64,000 nt of DNA, taken from positions 59,080-123,079 of the forward strand of contig CAVONH010000021.1 in assembly GCA_963697245.1 (NCBI GenBank), read 5' to 3'. This DNA comes from an uncultured Gammaproteobacteria bacterium. GTDB lineage: Bacteria > Pseudomonadota > Gammaproteobacteria > Steroidobacterales > Woeseiaceae. Below are positions 49,437 to 59,565 of this stretch, in pieces; positions within the stretch are counted from its first letter, which is position 1, and each line of letters opens with the position of its first letter. Made by a program: the position numbers and the translations under genes. The notes below the pieces were generated by a model that was not told where the DNA came from, made no database searches, and worked only from the letters and a program-made list of their open reading frames with translations.

Positions 49437-49958
49437 TTGGCCAGCACGCGACGCATCCTCGGCATTGATCCCGGTTCCAGGAAGACCGGCTTCGGCGTGC
49501 TCGATTTCACGGGCGACGCGCCGACCTACGTTGCCAGCGGCGTCGTAAACAGCACTGATGGCACGTTTCCCGATCGTCTCCGGCGGATATTCACGGCGGT
49601 CGGCGAGATCGTCACGGAGTACCGCCCGGACGTCGTCGCGATAGAGAGTGTTTTCATGCACAAGAGCGCCGGAAGCGCGCTGAAGCTGGGCCAGGCCCGT
49701 TCGGCGGCGTTGTGCGCAACGTTCGGCTTCGAAATGGAGGTGCACGAGTACGCGCCGCGGGAAATCAAGCAGGCGATCGTCGGTACCGGGGCGGCGAGCA
49801 AGGAGCAGGTGCAGCACATGGTGATTTCGCTTTTGCAGCTCGACGCTGCGCCATCGCCGGACGCGGCGGACGCGCTTGCCGCTGCGCTGTGCCACGGGCA
49901 CCAGCACCGCATAAAGAACCGGCTCGCGCTGCGCCAGGCAGCGGTGTTGCCGCGATGA
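49437..49958 (+). CDS. ruvC: Crossover junction endodeoxyribonuclease RuvC
   Basis: ILGIDPGSRKTGFGVL...AIESVF...QARSAA...EYAPREIKQAIVGTGAASKEQVQHMV...PDAADALAAALCH. TTG start as listed; the exact start is uncertain. Confidence 0.88.
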   Translation: MASTRRILGIDPGSRKTGFGVLDFTGDAPTYVASGVVNSTDGTFPDRLRRIFTAVGEIVTEYRPDVVAIESVFMHKSAGSALKLGQARSAALCATFGFEMEVHEYAPREIKQAIVGTGAASKEQVQHMVISLLQLDAAPSPDAADALAAALCHGHQHRIKNRLALRQAAVLPR

Positions 49959-50542
49959 TTGGCTCACTGCGCGGCCGGCTCACGCTGAAGCAGGCGCCGT
50001 CGGTCATCATCGAGTGCCACGGCGTCGGCTACGAAGTCGAGACGCCGATGTCGACCTTCCTGGAGCTGCCCCCGACCGGCGACGAACTGTTCCTGTTCAC
50101 GCACCTGGTCGTGCGCGAGGACGCACAGATGCTCTACGGATTTGCCACGGAGGACGAGCGCGCGCTGTTCCGCATGCTGATCAGGATCAGCGGCGTCGGC
50201 GCGAAGATGGGCCTCGCCGTGCTGTCGGCGATGAGTGTCGACGGATTCAGGCGCTGCGTCGAGTACGAGGATGCCGCATCGCTGGTGAAGGTGCCCGGCA
50301 TCGGCAAGAAGACTGCCGAGCGGCTGATCATCGAGATGCGCGACCGGATTGACACACCATCCGCACAATCGGGCGCTACAAGGGTCAAAGCAGAAGCCGG
50401 CGCAAAATCCGAGGCCGTGGACGCGCTGATCTCGCTCGGCTACAAGCCGCGCGAAGTGCAGAAACTGATCGGCGAACTCGATGTTGACGGCAAGTCGGCA
50501 GAGGATATTATCCGGCTCGCATTGCGACAGGTGGCGCTTTAA
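49955..50542 (+). CDS. ruvA: Holliday junction branch migration complex subunit RuvA
   Basis: MIGSLRGRLTLKQAPSVIIECHGVGYEVETPMSTF...REDAQMLYGF...LFRMLIRISGVGAKMGLAVLS...LVKVPGIGKKTAERLIIE. ATGA overlap with ruvC. Confidence 0.92.
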   Translation: MIGSLRGRLTLKQAPSVIIECHGVGYEVETPMSTFLELPPTGDELFLFTHLVVREDAQMLYGFATEDERALFRMLIRISGVGAKMGLAVLSAMSVDGFRRCVEYEDAASLVKVPGIGKKTAERLIIEMRDRIDTPSAQSGATRVKAEAGAKSEAVDALISLGYKPREVQKLIGELDVDGKSAEDIIRLALRQVAL

Positions 50543-50545
50543 ACC

Positions 50546-51596
50546 ATGACCGGAATCGAACACGATCGACTGACCAGCGGTGAGTCGAAGCCCGAGGACA
50601 AGCTGTTCGACCGTGCGATCCGGCCGAAGCTGCTCGACGAGTACGTCGGCCAGCCGGGCGTCAAGCAGCAGATGGGCATTTTCATCGAAGCGGCCCGCAG
50701 GCGCGGCGAGGCGCTGGACCACGTGCTGATTTTCGGGCCGCCGGGGCTGGGCAAGACGACGCTGGCGCATATCGTCGCCAACGAGATGGACGTGAACCTG
50801 CGGCACACCTCGGGGCCGGTGCTGGAGCGCCCGGGCGACCTCGCCGCGATCCTGACCAATCTGGAACCGCAACGACGTGCTGTTCGTCGACGAGATCCAC
50901 CGGCTGAGCCCGGTGGTCGAGGAGGTGCTGTACCCGGCGATGGAGGATTTCCAGCTCGACATCATGATCGGCGAAGGGCCGGCGGCCCGCTCGATCAAGC
51001 TGGACCTGCCGCCGTTCACGCTGGTCGGGGCGACGACACGCGCGGGCCTCCTGACGTCGCCGTTGCGCGACCGTTTCGGCATCGTGCAGCGGCTCGAGTT
51101 CTATTCCGTCGACGAGCTCGAGGCCATCGTGCGGCGTTCGGCGCAGATCCTGCAGCTGCCCGTCAAGGACGAAGGCGCGCAGCACATCGCGCGGCGGGCG
51201 CGCGGCACGCCGCGCATCGCGAACCGCCTGTTGCGCCGGGTGCGCGACTTTGCCGAGGTGCAGGCGGACGGTGTCGTCACCGGCACGGTCGCCCGCGGCG
51301 CAATGGACATGCTGCAGGTCGACCCGCACGGTTTCGATGCGATGGACCGGCGCCTGCTGCGGACGATCATCGACAAATTCGACGGCGGCCCGGTCGGCAT
51401 CGACAGCCTTGCCGCGGCGATCGGGGAGGAGCGCGGCACGATCGAGGACGTGCTGGAACCGTACCTGATCCAGCAGGGGTTCATGATGCGCACTGCACGC
51501 GGCCGTGTCGCGACGAAGAATGCCTACCTGCATTTCGGCCTGACGCCACCGACAGCCGGGTCGTCGCCCGAACTGCCGTTGTTCGACCGGGAATGA
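50546..51596 (+). pseudogene. ruvB: Holliday junction DNA helicase RuvB, one frameshift as sequenced
   Basis: ...[24 protein letters not shown]...AAILTNLEP then (H)[43 protein letters not shown]...[17 protein letters not shown]. The shift is at about 50872, where ccgcaacgac reads as ccg-cac-gac plus one extra A (E. coli has LEPHDVLF here). Confidence 0.9.
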
Positions 51597-51603
51597 GCGA
51601 GCG

Positions 51604-52025
51604 ATGGCGAACGTGACTGACAGCAGCCCCTTCCAGTGGCCCGTGCGGGTCTACTACGAGGACACCGACGCGCAGGGCGTGGTGTATTACGCGAACTATT
51701 TCCGCTTCATGGAGCGCGCGCGCACCGAATGGCTGCGCGCCCTCGGCGTCAACCAGGAGCGAATGCTGAGCGAGGACCGGCGCATGTTCGTCGTCACCCG
51801 GACAGAACTGGATTTCATCGTGCCCGCGCGATTCAATGACGAATTGATCGTTACGGCCCGGCTCTCCGGTCTCAGCCGCGCCACCTTCGACATCGAGCAA
51901 GTGATCTACCGCGAAAGCCTCGACGGCACGGTTTGCTGCCGGGGCGGTGTTCGCGCCGCATTTCTGAATGCCGACACGCTGAAACCGCAGCGTGTGCCGG
52001 CGTCACTATTCGAGGAAAATCCGTT

Positions 52026-52029
<4 letters not shown>
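51604..52029 (+). CDS. ybgC: Tol-Pal-associated acyl-CoA thioesterase YbgC
   Basis: 141 aa hot-dog fold. Translation: [39 protein letters not shown]. It sits immediately upstream of tolQ. Confidence 0.88.
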
Positions 52030-52709
<680 letters not shown>

Positions 52710-52714
52710 GCCCG

Positions 52715-53158
52715 ATGCCTACTCCGCTGCAAAAACGCAAACTGATGGGCGAGATCAACGTCGTGCCGTACATCGACGTGATGCTCGTGTTGCTGGTCAT
52801 CTTCATGGTCACGGCGCCGTTGCTGACGCAGGGCATCGAGGTCGACCTGCCGAAAGCCGCGGCGGAGCCGATCCAGGACGTGCCGAACACGCCGCCGCTG
52901 GTGGTCAGCGTCGACAAGGACGGCAATCTCTACATTAATGTCGGCGACGACGAGGACAAGCCGACGTCGGGCGAGGAGATCATCCGCCGCGTCGGCATCG
53001 TGCTGCGCACGAGCCCGGAGACCCAGATTCTCGTCAAGGCCGATCGCGCCGTTCCCTATGGCAACGTGGTCGGCGCGATGGTGGTCCTGCAGCAAGGCGG
53101 TGCCGAAAGCATCGGTTTCGTCACCGACCCGCTGGATACCTACCCGATACCCGAGTAG
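52715..53158 (+). CDS. tolR: Tol-Pal system protein TolR
   Basis: LMGEINVVPYIDVMLVLLVIFMVTAPLLTQGIEVDLP...ILVKADRAVPYGNVVGAMVVLQQGG. Confidence 0.92.
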   Translation: MPTPLQKRKLMGEINVVPYIDVMLVLLVIFMVTAPLLTQGIEVDLPKAAAEPIQDVPNTPPLVVSVDKDGNLYINVGDDEDKPTSGEEIIRRVGIVLRTSPETQILVKADRAVPYGNVVGAMVVLQQGGAESIGFVTDPLDTYPIPE

Positions 53159-53161
53159 CCA

Positions 53162-54055
53162 GTGATCCAGGACCGTCACAACGTTATCCCCATGTTCATG
53201 GCGGTGCTGCTGCACGCTCTGATCGTGGCGTCGATGTTTCTTGCGTTCGATTTCACGACGCGCAAGCCGCCGCCGATGCCGCTGGTCATCAAGGGTACGC
53301 TGGTGGCCGACAGCACCGTGCTGCCGCCGCCGGTGGTGAAGAAGCCGGAGCCGGAGCCCGAGCCGCCTCCGGTCATCGAGGAAGAGCCGCCGCCCGTCGT
53401 CGACACCGCGGCCGAGGAGCAGGCGCGGCTGGCCGCGGAAGAGGCCAAGCGGCAGCAGGACGCGCTGGTCGAGCAGCAGCGGCTCGAGGAGCTGCGGCGC
53501 CAGCAGGAGGCGGAGGAGCAGCGCAAGCGGGAGGAGGCCGAGCGACGCAAGCGCGAGGAAGACGCCCGCCGCAAGCGCGAGCAGGAAGCCGAAATGGAAC
53601 GCAAGCGCCGCGAGGAAGAGGCCGAGCTTGAACGCAAGCGGCGCGAGGCGGAACTCGAGCGGCAGCGCGAGATCGAACGCCAGCGTGCGGAGAACGAGCG
53701 CAAGCGCCGTGAAGCCGAAACCGCGGCGTTTCAGAGCGCCGTCGACGAGGAAGCGGAGCGCCTCGAAGCCATGAATTCCACGGAAATGGCGGCCTACCAG
53801 TTCGCGCTGCAGCAAAAAGTGCTGCGCAACTGGGCGCGGCCGGCGAGCGCGCAGCCCGGACTGGACTGCCTGGTGCAGGTGCGCCAGTCGGCGTCGGGTG
53901 AGGTGATCTCGGCCCGCGTGGTAAGTTGCAACGGTGACGCGGCGGTCGAACGATCGATCGAGGCGGCGGTCAAGAAAGCGTCGCCGCTGCCGTTGCCCGA
54001 AAATCAGTTACTGTTTGACCCGAACTTGCGATTTCGCTTCATACCTGAACAATAG
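53162..54055 (+). CDS. tolA: Tol-Pal system protein TolA
   Basis: N-terminal TM helix, a long Glu/Arg/Lys/Ala-rich helical domain II, and a C-terminal domain with ...CLVQVRQSASGEVISARVVSCNGDAAVERSIEAAVKKASPLPLP. Confidence 0.88.
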   Translation: MIQDRHNVIPMFMAVLLHALIVASMFLAFDFTTRKPPPMPLVIKGTLVADSTVLPPPVVKKPEPEPEPPPVIEEEPPPVVDTAAEEQARLAAEEAKRQQDALVEQQRLEELRRQQEAEEQRKREEAERRKREEDARRKREQEAEMERKRREEEAELERKRREAELERQREIERQRAENERKRREAETAAFQSAVDEEAERLEAMNSTEMAAYQFALQQKVLRNWARPASAQPGLDCLVQVRQSASGEVISARVVSCNGDAAVERSIEAAVKKASPLPLPENQLLFDPNLRFRFIPEQ

Positions 54056-54084
54056 CCCGCCAACGACAGAGGCAGAGGTTCATC

Positions 54085-55386
54085 GTGCTTAAGAATGCAA
54101 TTATCCTGGGATTTGCGGCGTGGCTTTGGAGTGGCAGCGCCTTGGGCGACATCACGGTCGAAATCACCAAGGGCGGGGTCGCGCGCACGCCGGTCGCGGT
54201 CGTCCCGTTCGGCTGGTCGGGCCGCGCCGCCGACGTGCCCCTCGATATCGCCGAAGTGATCGCGGCGGACCTGCAGCGCAGCGGGCGCTTCGCACCGATC
54301 CCCGAGGAAAACATGCTGCAGAAGCCGACCACGGGGGCCGAACTCGATTTCGATGACTGGTCCTTCGTCAAGGCTGAGGCCGTGGTCGTCGGCCGCATCA
54401 CGCAGACGGGCGAAAACGCGTACGACGTGAGTTTCCAGCTGTTCGACGTTTTTCGCCAGGAGCAGCTGGTCGGTTACCGCATTCCGGCAAGCCGCGGCAC
54501 GATGCGCATCGTTGCCCACCGCGCGGCCGACATGATCTACGAGAAGCTCACGGGCATCAAAGGCGTGTTCGCCACCAAGGTCGCGTTCGTCACCGCGGAG
54601 CGCGACCAGAGCGGGCAGACCTACCGGCTCGTGGTCGCCGACCACGACGGTTTCAACGAGACCGTGGTCCTGCAGAGCACAGACCCGATCATGTCACCGG
54701 CGTGGTCGCCCGACAGCCGGCGCCTCGCTTACGTGTCGTTCGAGGACAACCGCTCGTCCGTGTGGGTCCAGACGCTGCGCACCGGCAATCGCATCCAGGT
54801 ATCCAACAAGCCCGGTATCAACGGGGCCCCATCGTTTTCGCCGGACGGCAAGCAGCTGGCGCTGACCCTGGGCGGGATCGACGGCAACCTCGATATCCAC
54901 GTGCTCGACCTCGCGACGCGGCAGACGCGGCGCCTCACCACGCACCGCGCGATCGATACGGAGAGCAGCTGGTCTCCGGACGGCCGCTACATCTACTTCA
55001 CGTCGGACCGCAGCGGGGGCCCGCAGGTCTACCGGGTCCCGGCGGCCGGCGGCACGCCTGAGCGCGTGACCTTCGAGGGGAGTTATAATGCGCGGCCACG
55101 GTTGTCAGAGGATGGCAAGCGTCTTGCGATGGTGCATCTCGATCGCGGCAACTACCGGATCGCGGTAATGGACATCAAGAGCAAGGAGTTGCTGATCGTG
55201 TCCGCGGGCCAGCAGGACGAGTCGCCGAGTTTTGCGCCGAACAGCGATACGCTGATTTATGCCACGCGCCAGGCGCGCAACGGGGTGCTCGAGACGGTGA
55301 CGGCGGACGGTTTGATCCGCCAGCGCGTCAGTTCCGGGCAGGGGGACGTGCGGGAGCCGGTGTGGTCGCCGTTCCCGCGTTACTAG
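54085..55386 (+). CDS. tolB: Tol-Pal system beta-propeller protein TolB
   Basis: GTG start and signal peptide. Repeated SPAWSPDSRRLAYVS / PSFSPDGKQLA / SSWSPDGRYIYFTSDRSGGPQVY / PRLSEDGKRLA / PSFAPNSDTLIY propeller blades. Confidence 0.93.
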   Translation: MLKNAIILGFAAWLWSGSALGDITVEITKGGVARTPVAVVPFGWSGRAADVPLDIAEVIAADLQRSGRFAPIPEENMLQKPTTGAELDFDDWSFVKAEAVVVGRITQTGENAYDVSFQLFDVFRQEQLVGYRIPASRGTMRIVAHRAADMIYEKLTGIKGVFATKVAFVTAERDQSGQTYRLVVADHDGFNETVVLQSTDPIMSPAWSPDSRRLAYVSFEDNRSSVWVQTLRTGNRIQVSNKPGINGAPSFSPDGKQLALTLGGIDGNLDIHVLDLATRQTRRLTTHRAIDTESSWSPDGRYIYFTSDRSGGPQVYRVPAAGGTPERVTFEGSYNARPRLSEDGKRLAMVHLDRGNYRIAVMDIKSKELLIVSAGQQDESPSFAPNSDTLIYATRQARNGVLETVTADGLIRQRVSSGQGDVREPVWSPFPRY

Positions 55387-55404
55387 TTTTTTTAAAGACT
55401 TACC

Positions 55405-55431
55405 TTACATAGTTAAAGTAACTATCTGTAA
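55405..55431. promoter_or_regulatory. Imperfect palindrome in the unusually AT-rich tolB-pal spacer
   Basis: TTACATAGTTA-AAG-TAACTATCTGTAA (arms match except for a 2-nt bulge). It lies within the 94-nt spacer 55387-55480. Confidence 0.25.
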
Positions 55432-55480
55432 TTTAAAAGGTTCTGACCTGGCCGGAATAGACTTCGCAAAGGACAATACG

Positions 55481-56005
55481 ATGCTTAAGTACAAACTCGC
55501 TGTAATCACGCTGATGCTCGCGCTGCTTGTCGGCTGCGCGTCGAACAAAGTCCCGGATCCTGAGCCCGGCGACGCCACCTATGACGCAGCCGGTTCCGGC
55601 GCGGATACAGACGTTTACGGCGACGACCCGATGGGCGCCGGCGAGATGCTCGACGACGACTACACCGCGGGCGAACTCACCAACATCATCTATTTCGACT
55701 TCGACTCCTCCGAGGTGCGCGCGGATTTCACGGACATCGTCGCCCGGCATGCGCTGATCCTTGCCAATGACCCGGCCGTACGCGTGCGGCTCGAGGGCCA
55801 CGCCGACGAGCGCGGATCCCGCGAATACAACATCGGTCTCGGCGAGCGTCGTGCGCAGTCGGTACGCCGGATGCTGATGATCCAGGGTGCCTCGGCCGCG
55901 CAGATCGCGACCGTCAGTTTCGGCGAAGAGCGCCCCCTCGCGCTGGGCAGCGACGAGGATTCGTGGGCACAAAACCGCCGCGTCGAGATCAAATACACCA
56001 ATTAG
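55481..56005 (+). CDS. pal: Peptidoglycan-associated lipoprotein Pal
   Basis: Lipobox LLVGC. OmpA-like domain: IYFDFDSSEVRADF...LEGHADERGSREYNIGLGERRAQSV...FGEERP...NRRVEI. Confidence 0.93.
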   Translation: MLKYKLAVITLMLALLVGCASNKVPDPEPGDATYDAAGSGADTDVYGDDPMGAGEMLDDDYTAGELTNIIYFDFDSSEVRADFTDIVARHALILANDPAVRVRLEGHADERGSREYNIGLGERRAQSVRRMLMIQGASAAQIATVSFGEERPLALGSDEDSWAQNRRVEIKYTN

Positions 56006-56024
56006 AACCACGGGTAATCGAATC

Positions 56025-56798
56025 GTGAAAGGCAGTCGTACGCTCGCAGTCCTACCGGCGGTCCTGGCGTTGTCCGGGTGCCTGGCCGTCACGCCGCCGT
56101 CGGAAGACCCGGTGCTCATCAAGCTCGACGAACTGGACCGGCGCCTGCAGGCGATCGAGCGTGTCGTGCAGAACCAGAGCCTGGTCACGATGACGCAGCA
56201 GCTGAATTCGCTCGAACGGCGCGTCGACGCGCTGCAGGGTGCCTCGGAAGAGATCGAGTACAACGCGTCGACCACCTACGAACGGCAGCGCGAGTTATAC
56301 GCCGACCTCGACGCGCGCATCCAGGACCTCGAGAGCAAGCTGCAGGCCCGCGGCAACGTGAACGTGCTCGATGGCGGTCCGCTGCCCCCGGGCCAGTTGC
56401 CGGTACCGGGTGGCTCCGATCGGGATAACTACCAGGCGGCATTCGAACTGCTGAAGGAACAGCGCTACGAGCCGGCGGCACAGGCGTTCCAGCAGTTCCT
56501 TAAGACCTACCCGGACAGCGAGCTGGCTGACAATGCGCAGTACTGGCTGGCGGAGTCCTACTACGTCACGCAGAAGTTCGAACAGGCCCTGTCCTCGTTC
56601 CAGACCGTGATCGACGATTACCCGCGTTCACGCAAGGTGCCCGACGCGCTGCTCAAGATGGGCTACTGCAACTACGAGCTGGAGCGCTGGGATGCGGCGC
56701 GGGCCGCCCTGTCCAAGGTGCAGGCGGATTATCCCGAGACGACCGCCGCGCGGCTGGCCGGACAGCGCCTGGAACGGATGGGCACGGAGGGCGTGTGA
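56025..56798 (+). CDS. cpoB: Cell division coordinator CpoB (YbgF), coiled-coil plus TPR
   Basis: GTG start, signal/lipobox-like LALSGC, and coiled coil (LDELDRRLQAIERVVQNQSL...). TPR region: YQAAFELLKEQRYEPAAQAFQQFLKTYPDSELADNAQYWLAESYY...PKVPDALLKMGYC. Confidence 0.85.
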   Translation: MKGSRTLAVLPAVLALSGCLAVTPPSEDPVLIKLDELDRRLQAIERVVQNQSLVTMTQQLNSLERRVDALQGASEEIEYNASTTYERQRELYADLDARIQDLESKLQARGNVNVLDGGPLPPGQLPVPGGSDRDNYQAAFELLKEQRYEPAAQAFQQFLKTYPDSELADNAQYWLAESYYVTQKFEQALSSFQTVIDDYPRSRKVPDALLKMGYCNYELERWDAARAALSKVQADYPETTAARLAGQRLERMGTEGV

Positions 56799-56877
56799 CG
56801 GGCGCTGCGCTTGTCATTTGGCGCCTTTTCGGTATGATGCGCGGCCTCGCGGATCCAGCCCGCGTATCGCATACGCC

Positions 56878-56953
56878 GGGGGTATAGCTCAGTCGGTAGA
56901 GCATCGGCCTTTTAAGCCGCTGGTCCTAGGTTCGAATCCTAGTGCCCCCACCA
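56878..56953 (+). tRNA. tRNA-Lys (anticodon UUU)
   Basis: 76 nt folded by hand. Acceptor stem GGGGGTA/TGCCCCC, D-arm GCTC-AGTCGGTA-GAGC, anticodon loop CTTTTAA, T-arm CTAGG-TTCGAAT-CCTAG, discriminator A and an encoded CCA. Confidence 0.92.
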
Positions 56954-57054
56954 TTTCCCTCGTGATCACTGCGCGCTTTCGGCACCCTGCGCGGCGCAAC
57001 CGTTTCAGATAAAACAGGCGACGGCATTGGAAACTGTCGTTATCATTCAGCGTT

Positions 57055-59565
57055 TTGCGTAACGGGGCGCACGGGCAATTGGCGAACGACCGCTGGAAAT
57101 TCCACAAGTTCGGAGGCAGTAGCCTCGCGGACGCAGACTGTTTCAAACGCGTAGCCGGTCTCATGATCGAGCGGCGCGGGGAGCGACTCGGCGTCGTGGT
57201 GTCCGCGATGGGCGGCATGACGGACGCGCTCCTGAACCTGGCCGCCCAGGCCGAGCGTGACGACAACGCTTACGAAGCCGGACTGAATGCCATCGGCGAG
57301 CGCTACGCCGCCACGGCCAAAGCGTTGCTCGGCGGTGAGGCGCTGGTGCGGATTCTCGACGCATGGGGCCAGGACGCGGACGACATCCGCGACGTGCTGA
57401 AAGCCATTGCACTGGTGCGTTCGGCGCCACAGAGGAGCCGCGACATCGTCGCCGGCTACGGCGAGATCTGGTCGGCGCGGCTGCTGGCGGCGCTGCTCGG
57501 CGCACTCGAGCCTGAGCGCGGCGGCACCTGGGTCGATGCGAGGCAGGTCATCACGGTTCGCCAGACCGAGCTCGGCCCGACGGTGCTGTGGGACACATCG
57601 CGCGACAATTTCAGCCAGGTCGTGCCCGCCGACTACTCGGGAATCGCGGTCATGACCGGGTTCATCGCGGCGGACGAGACCGGCCTGCAGACGACGCTCG
57701 GCCGCAACGGCAGCGACTTCTCGGCCGCCATTTTCGCGGCGCTCGCCAGCGCCTGCGAACTCAGCATCTGGACGGACGTCGACGGCGTCATGAGCGCCGA
57801 CCCGAATCGCGTGCCGGAGGCGCGCGTCATCGAGCAGCTCACGTACAACGAGGCGATGGAACTCGCGTACTTCGGCGCCAAGGTCATCCATCCGCAGACC
57901 CTGGGTCCGGTGATCGACAACGAGATCCCGGTATTCATCCGCAACAGTCACAACCCGGAGCACCCGGGCAGCCGCATCGCGGCGGTCGCGGCGTCCGCGG
58001 ACGGCATCAAGGGGATAACCGCGATCGGCGACATGGCGCTGGTCAACCTCGAGGGCGCGGGCATGATCGGCGTGCCGGGAACGGCCGACCGCCTGTTCGC
58101 GTCCCTGAAGAATGCCGGGGTGTCGGTAACGCTGATCTCGCAGGCGAGTTCCGAGCATTCCATCTGTATCGCGGTGCCGAGTGTGCTGGCGGAGCGGGCC
58201 AGGGAGGTCATCTCGGACGCGTTCGCGGACGAACTGGCGAGCGGGCAGATCCACAGTGTGGACGTCACCGATTCGCAGAGCATCGTCGCCGTCGTCGGCG
58301 ACGGCATGGCCGGCACGCCGGGCATTGCTGCCCGTTTCTTCGGCACGCTGGGTCGCGCCGGCATCAACGTGCGCGCCATTGCCCAGGGTTCGTCGGAGCG
58401 CAATATTTCGGCGGTCGTCGACTCGGACGAGGCAACCCGCGCCCTGCGGGCCGCGCATTCCGGCTTCTACCTGTCGGCCAAGACGGTGTCGATCGGGCTC
58501 ATCGGCCCGGGCACGGTCGGCAGCGCCCTGTTGCGGCAGATCGACAAGCAGCACGCGCGCCTCGAGAACCGTTTCAATCTCGATCTGCGGGTGCGCGGAA
58601 TCGCACGCTCCGACCGCATGCTGCTCGGCGACCGGCGTATCGATCTCACGGGCTGGCACGCCGCGTTTGACAGCGGCGCCGTGGATCTCGACCTCGCCGC
58701 GTTCGAGGCGCACGTCAACCCCGATCACCTGCCGCATGCAATCCTGATCGACTGCACCGCCAGCGAAGCCATTGCATCGCGCTACACCGAGTGGCTGTCG
58801 CGCGGCATTCACGTAATCACGCCGAACAAGAAGGCGTTCAGTGGCCCGATGGATTATTACCGGTCCCTGCAGGCCGCGGCGGACGAGGGCAGTGCGCACT
58901 ATTTCTACGAGACGACGGTCGGTGCCGCGCTGCCCGTCATCACCACGCTGTGCGATCTCATTCACACGGGCGACGAGGTGCACTCCGTGCAGGGCATCTT
59001 CTCGGGCACGCTCGCGTACCTGTTCAACGTGTACGACGGTTCGCGCCCGTTCTCGGACATTGTCCGCGAGGCCAGGGAAAACGGCTTTACCGAACCCGAT
59101 CCGCGCGACGACCTGTCGGGGATGGACGTTGCCCGCAAGCTCACGATACTCGCACGTGAACTCGGCGAGCCGATCGAGATCGGGGATTTCCCGGTGCAGA
59201 GCCTGGTCCCGGAGGCGTTGCGGGACTGCAGCATCGACGAATTTCTCGCGCGCTTGCCCGAGTTCGATGGCGATATCGAGGCGCTGTACAGCGAGGCAGC
59301 CAGGCAGGGCCGGAAGCTGCGTTACGTCGCGCGCTTCGAGGCCGGCGGCGATGCTTCGGTCGGCCTCGAGGCGGTCGGCCCGGAGCATCCGTTCTGCAAC
59401 ATCAACCTGACCGACAACATCGTGCAGTTCAAGTCGGACCGCTACTCGGCGAATCCGCTGGTCGTGCAGGGCCCGGGCGCCGGGCCGGAAGTGACCGCCG
59501 CCGGTGTTTTCGCCGACCTGTTGCGCCTCGCGAACTATCTCAGCACGGGTGCGGGCTATGTCTGA
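57055..59565 (+). CDS. thrA: Bifunctional aspartokinase / homoserine dehydrogenase I
   Basis: WKFHKFGGSSLADADCF...VVVSAMGGMTDAL (kinase), ACT domains, then IGLIGPGTVGSALLRQI...ETTVGAALPVI...GIFSGTLAYLF (homoserine dehydrogenase). The TTG start at 57055 is as listed. The true start may be a few codons downstream. Confidence 0.9.
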   Translation: MRNGAHGQLANDRWKFHKFGGSSLADADCFKRVAGLMIERRGERLGVVVSAMGGMTDALLNLAAQAERDDNAYEAGLNAIGERYAATAKALLGGEALVRILDAWGQDADDIRDVLKAIALVRSAPQRSRDIVAGYGEIWSARLLAALLGALEPERGGTWVDARQVITVRQTELGPTVLWDTSRDNFSQVVPADYSGIAVMTGFIAADETGLQTTLGRNGSDFSAAIFAALASACELSIWTDVDGVMSADPNRVPEARVIEQLTYNEAMELAYFGAKVIHPQTLGPVIDNEIPVFIRNSHNPEHPGSRIAAVAASADGIKGITAIGDMALVNLEGAGMIGVPGTADRLFASLKNAGVSVTLISQASSEHSICIAVPSVLAERAREVISDAFADELASGQIHSVDVTDSQSIVAVVGDGMAGTPGIAARFFGTLGRAGINVRAIAQGSSERNISAVVDSDEATRALRAAHSGFYLSAKTVSIGLIGPGTVGSALLRQIDKQHARLENRFNLDLRVRGIARSDRMLLGDRRIDLTGWHAAFDSGAVDLDLAAFEAHVNPDHLPHAILIDCTASEAIASRYTEWLSRGIHVITPNKKAFSGPMDYYRSLQAAADEGSAHYFYETTVGAALPVITTLCDLIHTGDEVHSVQGIFSGTLAYLFNVYDGSRPFSDIVREARENGFTEPDPRDDLSGMDVARKLTILARELGEPIEIGDFPVQSLVPEALRDCSIDEFLARLPEFDGDIEALYSEAARQGRKLRYVARFEAGGDASVGLEAVGPEHPFCNINLTDNIVQFKSDRYSANPLVVQGPGAGPEVTAAGVFADLLRLANYLSTGAGYV

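Noticed and set aside
53400-53760. Tandem-repeat-like GAG/CGC/AAG-rich DNA
   Set aside because: This is the Glu/Arg/Lys/Ala-rich helical domain II that is normal for TolA. It is in frame and coding.
56878-57054. tRNA-Lys as an integration site for a genomic island
   Set aside because: The tRNA is followed directly by thrA. There is no integrase, no duplicated tRNA 3' end and no compositional break downstream.
56954-57054. thr operon leader peptide/attenuator
   Set aside because: There is no ATG-initiated Thr/Ile-rich mini-ORF and no alternative hairpin set in the 100 nt upstream of thrA.
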